A DNA stretch of 36,148 nt from Flavobacteriales bacterium (GCA_049454255.1 JBMTYE010000001.1:1-36148), one strand, 5' to 3'. Positions 1 to 8,705 are shown, counted from the stretch's first letter. Made by a program: numbers and translations. The notes: generated by a model not told the origin, from the letters alone.

Positions 1-86
1 TGTTCGGGTTGCGCAAAGGATAAACGTACAATCTGCAATGGGCAGTTGTGCACGAGGAACTTGCGGTGGAGATTTGGCAAGGTTCA

Positions 87-98
87 TGCAAATTTGCA
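87..98 (+). promoter_or_regulatory. Perfect 12-bp palindrome TGCAAATTTGCA, 4 nt upstream of the ATG at 103. Possible operator or translation-initiation hairpin.
   Basis: Read directly: t87-a98 is self-complementary. It contains AAATTTG, which resembles the 3' part of the Bacteroidetes -7 box TAnnTTTG. Its function is unproven. Confidence 0.25.
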
Positions 99-102
99 CA
101 CC

Positions 103-978
103 ATGAATCTCCAACCACGGGTACTTTATTCCGTCATCGTCGTGCTTGTCGTCGGGTGTGCTGTTTTGGCCTACCAGCTGCTGCAGCAGAACGAAACCGT
201 GGAGGTCATCGAAGAGGAAAAGAAGGTGTTGACCGACGAGCGCGATCAACTCACTGCCGAACTCGAAGACCTCAAGTTTTCCTACGACACCCTGAAGACG
301 GAGAACGAGGTGATGCTGGCTGAAATCGCTGAACAGCGCAAGGAAATCGACCGGCTTATCCGCAACGTGCGGTCGGGCAAAAAGTCTGTTTCCTCCGCGA
401 AGAAAGAGGCCGAGACCCTGCGTTCGATCATGAAAGGCTATGTGGCCACCATCGATTCACTCAACCAGCTGAACCAAGCGCTGATGGGTGAAAACGAGAC
501 CATGCGGTCCACGGTGGCAACGGTGCAACAGGAGAAGCAAAATCTCCTGGAACGCCAGCAAAACATGGAGCAAATCATCACCACAGGCAAGGTACTTTCG
601 GCCTCGAGCGTGTCCACGCAAGGATTGCGCATCTCGGATTCGGGGCACCAGCGGGAAACAGATCGCGCCGGCAAGACGGACATGCTCAAGGTGTGCTTCT
701 CGCTCACGGAAAACCGCATCGCAGAATCGGGGCGGCGCGAGCTGTACCTCCAAATCGTTGCCCCAGGGGGACGCATCTTGCCCCCCGGCAACGGGTCGTC
801 CGGAAGCACGCCCGGGGGTGAGCAGGTGAGCGCGAGCCGCGGCATCGATTATGCGAACCAACGCCTCGACGCCTGCATCTTCTACACCCCGTCAGCGGCA
901 CTGAATCCGGGCACGTACAAGGCGTATATCCTTGACGGCGACCAGCGCATCGGTTCCGGCGAATTCGTGTTGCGCTGA
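103..978 (+). CDS. Hypothetical membrane-anchored coiled-coil protein with a beta-rich C-terminal domain
   Basis: I chose the ATG at 103 because the TTG at 46 adds an implausible R/W/H-rich leader. The protein has an N-terminal hydrophobic helix (VLYSVIVVLVVGCAVLAYQLL). About 150 aa of E/K/Q/L-rich heptad-like sequence follows. It ends with a G/S-rich linker and a roughly 100-aa beta-type C-terminus (YLQIVAPGG...YKAYILDGDQRIGSGEFVL). I recognise no family. Confidence 0.7.
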   Translation: MNLQPRVLYSVIVVLVVGCAVLAYQLLQQNETVEVIEEEKKVLTDERDQLTAELEDLKFSYDTLKTENEVMLAEIAEQRKEIDRLIRNVRSGKKSVSSAKKEAETLRSIMKGYVATIDSLNQLNQALMGENETMRSTVATVQQEKQNLLERQQNMEQIITTGKVLSASSVSTQGLRISDSGHQRETDRAGKTDMLKVCFSLTENRIAESGRRELYLQIVAPGGRILPPGNGSSGSTPGGEQVSASRGIDYANQRLDACIFYTPSAALNPGTYKAYILDGDQRIGSGEFVLR

Positions 979-1050
979 ACGGCTGCAAAGCAACAGGCCG
1001 CGTTTGCAACGTTTTCTGCAGGCGTGATTCGGGAGCCACGAGCTTCCGGC

Positions 1051-1446
1051 ATGGATAGGCGTGAACGGGGAGCTTGGGGCGAGCGCTGTGCAGCGGCGGC
1101 GCTCGCGCACAAGGGCATGCGCATCGTGGCCCAAAACTGGCGATTCGGCCGGTGCGAAATCGATGTCGTCGCAGTCGATGGCGCATGGACCGTCTTCGTT
1201 GAAGTGAAGGTTAGGGCGGCCGCTGATCCGGAACCGTGTTGGGCCTCAGTCGATGTGCGCAAGCAAGCCCGGTGGCTGCGCGCAGGCGAGGCCTTCTTGC
1301 GGCAGCATCCCGGCGTTCCGGCGGCGGCCCGCTTTGATTTCATTTGGATTTCCGGTGTGCCCCAGGCCTTTGAAGTGCGCCATTACCGCGATGTCCTCGG
1401 CCCGGCGCCCACTCCCTTTTCACCGGCTATCTTTACCCCACAATGA
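1051..1446 (+). CDS. yraN: YraN family (UPF0102) PD-(D/E)xK endonuclease-like protein
   Basis: GAWGERCAAAALAHKGMRIVAQNWRFGRCEIDVVAVDG...VFVEVKVR matches the YraN pattern (GE..A...L...G..I...N.r...GEIDlia ... vFVEVK). Starting at the ATG at 1051 gives 131 aa. A GTG at 1024 is an alternative start. The stop overlaps the rluB start (ATGA at 1443-1446). Confidence 0.85.
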   Translation: MDRRERGAWGERCAAAALAHKGMRIVAQNWRFGRCEIDVVAVDGAWTVFVEVKVRAAADPEPCWASVDVRKQARWLRAGEAFLRQHPGVPAAARFDFIWISGVPQAFEVRHYRDVLGPAPTPFSPAIFTPQ

Positions 1447-2366
1447 AAAAGCCCACCCCTTCCCGGTCCGACCGCGGGCGCCCCGCTCCCGCCGACAAAC
1501 CCGGAAGCAAACCCGGAAGCAAACTTGGAGCGAAGCCCAGCGGCAAGTCCGGCGGCAAGTCTGGCGGCACGTTTGGCGTGAAGCCCACGGGCAAACCCGG
1601 GGCGCCACGCCGGAAACCCGCAAAACCCCGCAAGCCCCCGGTGGCTTCGGATCCGAACGGGCCCATGCGGCTGAACCGCTACATCGCCCACGCCGGCATC
1701 TGTTCGCGGCGCGAAGCCGATGTGCTCATCACCTCAGGGGTGGTCACGGTGAACGGCGAGGTGGTAACCGAACTCGGGCGCACGGTGTTGCCTTCGGACC
1801 ACGTGCAGGTCGGCACGGACCGAATCCGTCCCGAAGCCAAACGCTACGTTCTGCTCAACAAGCCCCGCGGGTTTATCACCACCCTCGACGACCCCCAAGG
1901 CCGGCGTACGGTGATGGAACTGGTGAAAAATGCGTGCAAAGAGCGGTTAGTACCCGTAGGCCGTTTGGACCGAGACACCACCGGTCTGCTCCTGTTCACA
2001 AACGACGGCGACCTCGCAGACCGGCTGACCCACCCGCGCAACGGAGTGCGGAAGCTATACCATGTCACGCTCGCAGAAAAGGTCCAGCAGCACCACCTCG
2101 ACGAAATCCAGCAGGGATTCGTACTTGACGATGGCTTCGTCAAGGCCGACCAAATCAGCTTCGCTGGGAACGATCCCCACGAAGTCGGCATCGAACTCCA
2201 TTCCGGACGCAACCGCATCGTGCGCCGCATCTTCGAGCACTTCGGCTACAAAGTGGCAAAACTTGACAGGGTCCGCTTTGCCCACCTCACGAAAAAAGAC
2301 CTTCCCCGCGGCCACTTCCGCCACCTGAGTGAAGAGGAGGTGAACTTCCTCCGCATGAATGCGTAA
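1443..2366 (+). CDS. rluB: RluB/RsuA-family pseudouridine synthase with a Lys/Pro/Gly-rich N-terminal extension
   Basis: It has an S4 domain (MRLNRYIAHAGICSRREADVLITSGVVTVNGE). The catalytic motif GRLDRDTTGLLLFTNDG is present. The first ~75 aa are basic low-complexity sequence (KPGSKPGSKLGAKPSGKSGGKSGG...RRKPAKPRKPP). Confidence 0.9.
   Translation: MKKPTPSRSDRGRPAPADKPGSKPGSKLGAKPSGKSGGKSGGTFGVKPTGKPGAPRRKPAKPRKPPVASDPNGPMRLNRYIAHAGICSRREADVLITSGVVTVNGEVVTELGRTVLPSDHVQVGTDRIRPEAKRYVLLNKPRGFITTLDDPQGRRTVMELVKNACKERLVPVGRLDRDTTGLLLFTNDGDLADRLTHPRNGVRKLYHVTLAEKVQQHHLDEIQQGFVLDDGFVKADQISFAGNDPHEVGIELHSGRNRIVRRIFEHFGYKVAKLDRVRFAHLTKKDLPRGHFRHLSEEEVNFLRMNA
1497..1568 (+). repeat. Six degenerate tandem 12-nt units inside rluB, encoding KPGS/KPGS/KLGA/KPSG/KSGG/KSGG
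   Basis: Read directly: aaacccggaagc occurs twice exactly (1497-1520). It is followed by aaacttggagcg, aagcccagcggc, aagtccggcggc and aagtctggcggc. Confidence 0.8.
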
Positions 2367-3114
2367 CACCACCACCATGGCTGCATCCGACTCCCTCGTC
2401 ATCATCCCCACCTACAACGAAAGGGGCAACGTCGAACGCATGCTCGAAACGGTGATGTCGCTGCCGTGGGGAGCCCACGTGCTCATCGTTGATGACGGTT
2501 CTCCGGACGGCACCGCGGACATCGTGCGTACGGTCGCCGGTCGCCACCCCGGCCGTATCCACCTCCTCGAGCGCAGCGGAAAGCAGGGACTCGGGACCGC
2601 CTACATCGCCGGATTTCGTTGGGGCCTGGCCCACAACTACGACTACCTCTTCGAAATGGACTGCGACTTCTCGCACAACCCGAACGATCTCGAGCGGCTG
2701 CGGAGCGCTTGTGCGGAAGGGGGTGCGGACGTCGCGGTAGGTTCGCGGTACACCCGCGGCGGCAGTGTCGAGAACTGGCCTTGGGACCGGTTGCTCATGA
2801 GTTCGTGTGCGTCCGTGTACGTGAACGCCGTGCTTTGGCTCGGAGTGCGCGATGCCACGGCGGGGTTCAAGTGCTACCGCGCGGAAGTGCTGCGTACGAT
2901 TGATTTGGACCGCATTCGGTTTATCGGCTACGCCTTCCAAATCGAAATGAAGTACGCAGCGCGCCAGCTGGGCTTCCGCATCAAGGAGGTTCCTATCCGA
3001 TTCATAGATCGTCAAATAGGAGAAAGCAAAATGAACATGGGCATCTTCCGCGAGGCCTTCCTCGGCGTCCTCGCCATGCGCTTCCGGAAGGTTCGGCCCG
3101 CAACCCTGCATTGA
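2359..3114 (+). CDS. GT2 polyprenol/dolichol-phosphate mannosyltransferase-like glycosyltransferase
   Basis: LVIIPTYNERGNV, VDDGSPDGT and EMDCDFSH are typical of Dpm1-like GT2 enzymes. An alternative ATG lies at 2377. The 2359 start overlaps the rluB stop by 8 nt. Confidence 0.85.
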   Translation: MRNTTTMAASDSLVIIPTYNERGNVERMLETVMSLPWGAHVLIVDDGSPDGTADIVRTVAGRHPGRIHLLERSGKQGLGTAYIAGFRWGLAHNYDYLFEMDCDFSHNPNDLERLRSACAEGGADVAVGSRYTRGGSVENWPWDRLLMSSCASVYVNAVLWLGVRDATAGFKCYRAEVLRTIDLDRIRFIGYAFQIEMKYAARQLGFRIKEVPIRFIDRQIGESKMNMGIFREAFLGVLAMRFRKVRPATLH

Positions 3115-4457
3115 TGGCAGTTACCCATTTCCGAAATGTCGTCCTCGTCAACGAGGGAACCGCTGCCCCGGGCGAATTGCTCGTGGAGGGCAGCGACATT
3201 CTCGCCGTAGGACCCGCACTCGACATCACAGGCCTGAGGATCGATCGGGTGGTGGACGGCCGGGGGGCTTGGCTCTTCCCCGGATGCATCGACGACCAGG
3301 TCCACTTCCGGGAACCCGGCTTGACCCACAAGGCTGACCTGACGACGGAATCGGCCGCAGCGGCGGCGGGAGGCATCACCTCGTTCATGGAGATGCCGAA
3401 CACCATCCCGAACACCCTGACCAGCGACCTGCTCGAAGAAAAGTACGCTCGGGCTGCTGAGGTCAGCCCCGTCAACTACTCGTTCTACCTCGGCGCATCG
3501 AACTCAAACCTCGACGAAGTTGCCCGGGTGGATGCTTCCCGCGTCTGCGGTGTCAAAGTGTTCATGGGATCCTCCACGGGCAATATGCTCGTGGACCAAC
3601 CCGAGGCCCTCGAAGGCATTTTCAGCGAAGCCCCGACGCTGGTCGCTGTGCATTGCGAGGACGAGCCGACTGTCCGGGCCGCAGCCGAAGCTGCTCGTGC
3701 TCGATTTGGAGCCGACATCCCGCCGGCAATGCACCCCGTAATCCGCAATGCAGAGGCGTGCTACCGCAGTTCCTCCTACGCCGTAGAACTCGCTGAGAAA
3801 TTCGGCACACGACTACACGTCCTTCACATTTCCACAGCCCGGGAACTCGAGCTCTTTTCCGCGACGACACCCCTTGCAGAAAAGCGCATCACCGCCGAAG
3901 CTTGCATCCACCACCTCTGGTTCAGCGATGCTGACTACGCCCGGCTCGGCAACGCCATCAAGTGGAATCCTGCGGTGAAGTCCCCCGAAGACCGCGCGGC
4001 CATCCGCGCCGCATTGCGCAACGGCCGCATCGACGTCGTCGCCACCGACCACGCTCCCCACACCTGGGAAGAGAAAAGCCGGCCCTACTTCGACGCTCCC
4101 GCAGGAGGACCGCTTGTAGAGCACGCGCTCGTGGCCATGCTCGAACTAGTCCATGACGGCGTGCTCGAAGTGACCGACGTGCCCCGGCTGATGGCCCACC
4201 AGGTGGCCGAAGCGTTCCGGCTCGTGGGGCGCGGCTACCTGCGTCCGGGCTACCGCGCAGACCTCGTGCTGGTGGATCCGGATGCCCCGTGGACCGTGGT
4301 CGGGGAAGAGGTGTGGGCCAAATGCAAGTGGTCGCCCTTCGACGGCACCCGCTTCCGCAGCCGCGTCCGCTCCACCTGGGTGAACGGGACCGAGGTGTAC
4401 GACGGGACCCAGGTGCTCCACCGCGGAACAGGCGAACGCCTGCTCTTCGACCGATGA
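3114..4457 (+). CDS. pyrC: Dihydroorotase (amidohydrolase superfamily)
   Basis: IDDQVHFREPGLTHKADL..., GVKVFMG (candidate carbamylated Lys), VAVHCED, LHVLHIST and VVATDHAPH are present. The ATG at 3114 overlaps the GT2 stop (TGATG). The track's 3111 start is a TTG one codon upstream. Confidence 0.85.
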   Translation: MAVTHFRNVVLVNEGTAAPGELLVEGSDILAVGPALDITGLRIDRVVDGRGAWLFPGCIDDQVHFREPGLTHKADLTTESAAAAAGGITSFMEMPNTIPNTLTSDLLEEKYARAAEVSPVNYSFYLGASNSNLDEVARVDASRVCGVKVFMGSSTGNMLVDQPEALEGIFSEAPTLVAVHCEDEPTVRAAAEAARARFGADIPPAMHPVIRNAEACYRSSSYAVELAEKFGTRLHVLHISTARELELFSATTPLAEKRITAEACIHHLWFSDADYARLGNAIKWNPAVKSPEDRAAIRAALRNGRIDVVATDHAPHTWEEKSRPYFDAPAGGPLVEHALVAMLELVHDGVLEVTDVPRLMAHQVAEAFRLVGRGYLRPGYRADLVLVDPDAPWTVVGEEVWAKCKWSPFDGTRFRSRVRSTWVNGTEVYDGTQVLHRGTGERLLFDR

Positions 4458-4909
4458 ACCTCCGTCACCTCTACGCGGCGGGCCTCGCTACGCTCCTGGC
4501 AACTGTCGTCGGCTGCGGCGACGGGTCCTCTGCACCCGAGCCGCCAGAAGGCATTTTGCCGAAGGACTCGTTCGCGCTGCTGTATGCGGAAGCCCAACGC
4601 ATCGAAGCGGCAGGCAAGCTCGGCATGTACCGCGCAGACGACCCTGCCGTCCGGATCAGCGCTGCCTATTCCGACCTGTTTGCGCGTACCGGCGTCAGCG
4701 AGGAACGGTACCGGGAGAGCTTCACGTGGTGGTTCAACCACCCCGAAGCACTGCCTGACGTGCTCGCACGCGCGACCGACGTGCTGAACGACCTCGAGCG
4801 GAGCGACAACGGCGTGCAATACCTCCCTGCCCCCCTCGACACGGCCGCACCGACCGTGACCCCAGGCCGCACCCTGCGGCCCGTCAAGCCCGCTCAGCGC
4901 GGAAACTGA
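4454..4909 (+). CDS. DUF4296-like lipoprotein
   Basis: The ATG at 4454 overlaps the pyrC stop (ATGA). The signal peptide has a lipobox (LLATVVGC). The body (LPKDSFALLYAEAQRIEAA...YSDLFARTGVSEERYRESFTWWFNHPE) resembles the DUF4296 family that follows dihydroorotase in Flavobacteriia. The upstream part of track ORF 4289-4909 is out-of-context read-through. Confidence 0.7.
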   Translation: MNLRHLYAAGLATLLATVVGCGDGSSAPEPPEGILPKDSFALLYAEAQRIEAAGKLGMYRADDPAVRISAAYSDLFARTGVSEERYRESFTWWFNHPEALPDVLARATDVLNDLERSDNGVQYLPAPLDTAAPTVTPGRTLRPVKPAQRGN

Positions 4910-5907
4910 GCCCGGTACCCGGCGACCGCTTCCCGGACCGCTTCTTCCCACGGGGTGTAGGTCCACGCTAGACCTGCAGCCGCGAGCCGGGATTCGAGGC
5001 GGTCGGATGCATAGCCGTGGTGGCGGTGGGTGTTTGCGAGCGCCTCGCGCGTGACCTGCGTCCGGCGCCCTGTCAGCCACTCCCCGACCCGGGCCGCACG
5101 CCAAGCCGAACCGGCCATCCACGGCCGCACTGGAAAGCGCGGTGCCGGGCGCCCGAGACCCTCCGCCAGCGCAGTTAACACGTCTCGGTACGGAAGCGTC
5201 GCCCCGTTGACCACGAAACGCTCCCCCCAACATCCCGCATCGGCCGCCACTACTGCCGCCCGCGCCACATCCCGAGCTGCAACGAACCCGTTCGTTCCCA
5301 TCGGATAAAACGCCATGCCGCGGTCGACCGTGGCGACGAGTTCGGCCGAGGAACGCGCGAAGTTGCCCTCGCCGAGGATGACCGTGGGCAGCAGTGTCAG
5401 GACGCGCAAGCCCTCCTCTTGGCCACGCCACGCCTCGAGTTCTGCCGCGTACTTCGACCGGGCGTAGGCCGAGACGCCCGGGCCGTCGGCGAAGGGCGAG
5501 TCCTCGTGCGACGGCTCGCCCTCGCGGCGCCCGAGGGCCGCCACGGAGCTGATGTGCACGAGCTCCGGAATGCCGAGGTGGAGCATGGCGTGGACGAGTT
5601 CGGCCGTGCCGCCGCGGTTGACGCGGTCCATCGCCCGGGCATCGGCGGGGTGAAACGAGACGAGCGCCGCGCAGTGGTACACCCGGACGCAGCCGGCGAG
5701 AGCAGCCTCGAGGGCGGCGCTGTCGAGCAGGTCCGCCTCAGCCCACTGCACGCCGTCCGAGGAAAGACCGCGCCGGGCGAGGAAGCCGTCCAGCCGCGCG
5801 CGGTCACTGCCAGAACGGTGCAGCGCGCGCACCGGTCGGCCCGCCTGGAGGAGGTCGGCGACGAGGTGCATGCCCACGAGTCCGGTGGCGCCGGTGACGA
5901 GTTCCAT
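4894..5907 (-). CDS. NAD-dependent epimerase/dehydratase family SDR
   Basis: It begins MELVTGATGLVGMH (GxxGxxG Rossmann motif) and has a YARSKYAAE (YxxxK) catalytic motif. I chose the ATG at 5907 over the track start at 5958. Confidence 0.85.
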   Translation of the reverse strand: MELVTGATGLVGMHLVADLLQAGRPVRALHRSGSDRARLDGFLARRGLSSDGVQWAEADLLDSAALEAALAGCVRVYHCAALVSFHPADARAMDRVNRGGTAELVHAMLHLGIPELVHISSVAALGRREGEPSHEDSPFADGPGVSAYARSKYAAELEAWRGQEEGLRVLTLLPTVILGEGNFARSSAELVATVDRGMAFYPMGTNGFVAARDVARAAVVAADAGCWGERFVVNGATLPYRDVLTALAEGLGRPAPRFPVRPWMAGSAWRAARVGEWLTGRRTQVTREALANTHRHHGYASDRLESRLAAAGLAWTYTPWEEAVREAVAGYRAQFPR

Positions 5908-5956
5908 AGGCCGAAGGTAACGGGAGGGCCGTTGTGCGCGACATTTGGCCCGCGGC

Positions 5957-7762
5957 ATGGAACGGACTCCCCACCTGCAAGCCCTGCTCGAGCGGCTGCC
6001 TCACGAGCCGGGGATTTACCAGCATTACGACGCCGCGGGTAGGCTCCTCTATGTGGGCAAGGCGAAGGACCTGCGCAAGCGCGTAACCAGCTATTTCACA
6101 GGGCGTAGCGTGGGCAAGACGCGGCTGCTCGTGGCAAAGATTGCGGACATCCGGTGGATCGTGACCCCGACCGAGGGCGATGCGCTGCTGCTGGAAAACA
6201 GCCTGATCAAGGAGCATAAGCCGCTGTACAACATCCTGTTAAAGGACGACAAGACCTACCCGTTCATCGTCCTGAAGCGCGAGCCGTTTCCGCGGGTCTT
6301 CCCGACGCGGCGGGTGGTGCGCGACGGCAGCGAGTACTTCGGGCCGTATCCCAGCGCGAAGTCGATGCACACCGTCCTCGAACTGTGCCGCACGCTGTAT
6401 CCGATCCGGACGTGCGCGTTGCCGCTGAACGACGCGGGGATCGCGGCGGGAAAGTGGCGGGTGTGCCTGGAGTTCCACATCGGAAATTGTTTGGGCCCCT
6501 GCGCAGGCCTGCAGTCGGAAGCCGCGTACGACGCGAGCATCCGGGCGATCCGCAGCATTTTGCAGGGAGATATGGCCGCCGTCATGCGCCTGCTCGAAGG
6601 CCAAATGCGGACCGCAGCCGACGAACTCCGCTTCGAAGAGGCCGCCCGAATCCAGCGGCGCTTGGAGGCGGTCCGTTCGTTCCTCGCAAAGAACACCATC
6701 GTCCACCCGAGCATCGACGACGTCGACGTGTTCACCGTGGCCCGCGATGCGCGCGTGAGCTTGGTCAACTTCCTGCGCATCCGCAACGGCAGCATCGTCC
6801 AAGGCCACACCACGGAGGTCCGCGCGCGGCTCGACGAAGACGAACGGCAGGTCCTCGAAGCCGCCATCCCGCTCATCCGCGACCGCTTCGGCAGCACCTC
6901 CCGGACCGTGTTCACCGCCGTCCCTGTGGACATCGCCTTGTCCGGTGTCACGTTCACGGTGCCCCAGCGCGGCGACAAAAAACGCCTCGTCGACCTCAGC
7001 ACGCGCAACGCCACGGCCGCCCTCCGCGACCGCATGAAGCAACTCGAGCAGACAGATCCCGAAGCCGCCACCGAGGCGCTCCTGACCACCGTCCGCGACG
7101 AATTGCGGCTGACCGAGTTGCCGCGCCACATCGAGTGCTTCGACAACTCAAACCTCCACGGCACCTCGCCGGCCTCGGCCTGTGTGGTCTTCCGCAACGG
7201 CAAGCCGTCGAAGTCCGACTACCGCACCTTCACCATCCGCACCGTGCAGGGCCCGGACGACTTCGCGTCCATGACCGAAGTCATCACCCGGCGGTACAGC
7301 CGCCTCGTCGCGGAAGGTGCGGATCTGCCGCAGCTCATCGTGGTGGACGGCGGCAAAGGCCAACTCTCCCACGCCGCAGCCGCCCTCGACGCCCTGGGTC
7401 TTCGCGGCCGCATCGCCCTCATCGGCATCGCCAAACGCCTCGAAGAACTCTACTTCCCCGAAGACCCCGTCCCGCTCCACCTCGACAAGCGGTCGCTCAC
7501 CCTGCGCCTCATCCAGCACCTGCGCAACGAGGCCCACCGGTTTTCGCTTGGGCACCACCGCGGCCAGCGGAGCAAAGCCGCCCTGCGGTCTGAACTCGAC
7601 GGCATCCCCGGCGTGGGGCCCGCCATGCGCATGCGGCTGCTGACCGCCTTTCCGTCTGTGGATGCCATCCGGGCGGCACCGGTCGCGGCGCTCGAGGCAG
7701 CCGTGCCGGCCCACGTGGCCCGGGCTGTGCGTGCGTTTTTCGATGCGCCGCCTACCACGTGA
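5957..7762 (+). CDS. uvrC: Excinuclease ABC subunit C
   Basis: It has a GIY-YIG N-terminus (PGIYQHYDAAGRLLYVGKAKDLRKRVTSYF). The UVR domain (ELRFEEAARIQRRLEA), an endonuclease domain and a C-terminal HhH region are also present. The ATG at 5957 is preferred over the TTG at 5945. Confidence 0.95.
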   Translation: MERTPHLQALLERLPHEPGIYQHYDAAGRLLYVGKAKDLRKRVTSYFTGRSVGKTRLLVAKIADIRWIVTPTEGDALLLENSLIKEHKPLYNILLKDDKTYPFIVLKREPFPRVFPTRRVVRDGSEYFGPYPSAKSMHTVLELCRTLYPIRTCALPLNDAGIAAGKWRVCLEFHIGNCLGPCAGLQSEAAYDASIRAIRSILQGDMAAVMRLLEGQMRTAADELRFEEAARIQRRLEAVRSFLAKNTIVHPSIDDVDVFTVARDARVSLVNFLRIRNGSIVQGHTTEVRARLDEDERQVLEAAIPLIRDRFGSTSRTVFTAVPVDIALSGVTFTVPQRGDKKRLVDLSTRNATAALRDRMKQLEQTDPEAATEALLTTVRDELRLTELPRHIECFDNSNLHGTSPASACVVFRNGKPSKSDYRTFTIRTVQGPDDFASMTEVITRRYSRLVAEGADLPQLIVVDGGKGQLSHAAAALDALGLRGRIALIGIAKRLEELYFPEDPVPLHLDKRSLTLRLIQHLRNEAHRFSLGHHRGQRSKAALRSELDGIPGVGPAMRMRLLTAFPSVDAIRAAPVAALEAAVPAHVARAVRAFFDAPPTT

Positions 7763-8705
7763 AGTGGGGGTCCTGCATGCCCGCCGTCAGCCGGCGGTAG
7801 TCGGACACGAGAGTGCGCACGACCTCGCCGGCGGTCGGTAAGCCGTCGAGCAGGGCACTGACTTGGCCGATTTCCAGCTCGCCCTCCTCGAGGTCGCCCT
7901 CGAACATGCCTCGCTTCGCCCGGCCGCGTCCGAGCAGGGCGGCGAGCTCCTCCGGAGAGGCCCCGCGGGCTTCGGCGGCGCGGACCGCGGCTGCGAACGG
8001 GTTGTGCAGGAGGCGAACCGGAGTCAACTGCTTCAATCCCAGAGCGGTGTCGCCTTCCTGCGCGCCGATGACCCGCGCTTTGAAGGCGGGGTGGGCGGAC
8101 GATTCTGCGGTGGCGACGAAGCGGCTGCCGATTTGGACGCCCTCGGCGCCGAGCGCGAACGCCGCCAGGGTCGAACGGCCGTCGTGGATGCCCCCCGCGG
8201 CCAGAACGGGAATGGCGCAGGCGTCCGCCACCGCCGGTACTAAGCACAGCGTGGTCGTTTCCTCCCGCCCGTTGTGTCCGCCGGCCTCAAACCCTTCTGC
8301 CACCACCGCGTCCACGCCGGCGTCTTCTGCCTTGAGCGCGAACTTCACGCTGCTGACCACGTGCACCACGCGGATGCCGTGCGCCTGCAGGTGCCCGGTC
8401 CAGGTCTTCGGGTTGCCCGCGCTCGTAAACACCACGCGCACACCGAGTTCCACGATGCTCGCCACGTGCGCCTCGATGTCGGGATACAGCAGCGGCAGGT
8501 TGACGCCGAACGGCCTGTCGGTGGCCGCTTGGGCTTTTTTGATGTGCGTGCGGAGCACTTCCGGGTACATCGATCCTGCGCCGATCAGGCCCAGGCCGCC
8601 CGCTTCCGACACCGCCGCAGCGAGTTCCCACCCGCTGCACCAAATCATGCCCGCCTGCACCACCGGCACCTCGGTGCCGAACAGGTCCGTCACCCGTTGC
8701 TTCAT
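7752..8705 (-). CDS. Nitronate monooxygenase / NAD(P)H-dependent flavin oxidoreductase (FabK-like) family
   Basis: LFGTEVPVVQAGMIWCSGWELAAAVSEAGGLGLIGAG, EGFEAGGH and AAGGIHDG are typical of the NPD/NMO TIM-barrel FMN family. Confidence 0.85.
   Translation of the reverse strand: MKQRVTDLFGTEVPVVQAGMIWCSGWELAAAVSEAGGLGLIGAGSMYPEVLRTHIKKAQAATDRPFGVNLPLLYPDIEAHVASIVELGVRVVFTSAGNPKTWTGHLQAHGIRVVHVVSSVKFALKAEDAGVDAVVAEGFEAGGHNGREETTTLCLVPAVADACAIPVLAAGGIHDGRSTLAAFALGAEGVQIGSRFVATAESSAHPAFKARVIGAQEGDTALGLKQLTPVRLLHNPFAAAVRAAEARGASPEELAALLGRGRAKRGMFEGDLEEGELEIGQVSALLDGLPTAGEVVRTLVSDYRRLTAGMQDPHFTW

Noticed and set aside
1253-2128. Off-frame same-strand ORFs with R/P-rich products, at 1253-2128 inside rluB and 6385-7593 inside uvrC. 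An antisense ORF lies at 4250-5431.
   Set aside because: They overlap genes with unambiguous catalytic motifs, and their translations are Arg/Pro-rich and low-complexity. No evidence supports overprinted genes.
5908-5956. A near-match to the Bacteroidetes -7 box (GACATTTG, 5940-5947) in the ~50-nt divergent region between the SDR gene and uvrC.
   Set aside because: The first base mismatches the consensus, and no -33 TTG lies at an appropriate spacing. It is too weak to call as a feature. It was used only as mild support for the 5957 uvrC start.
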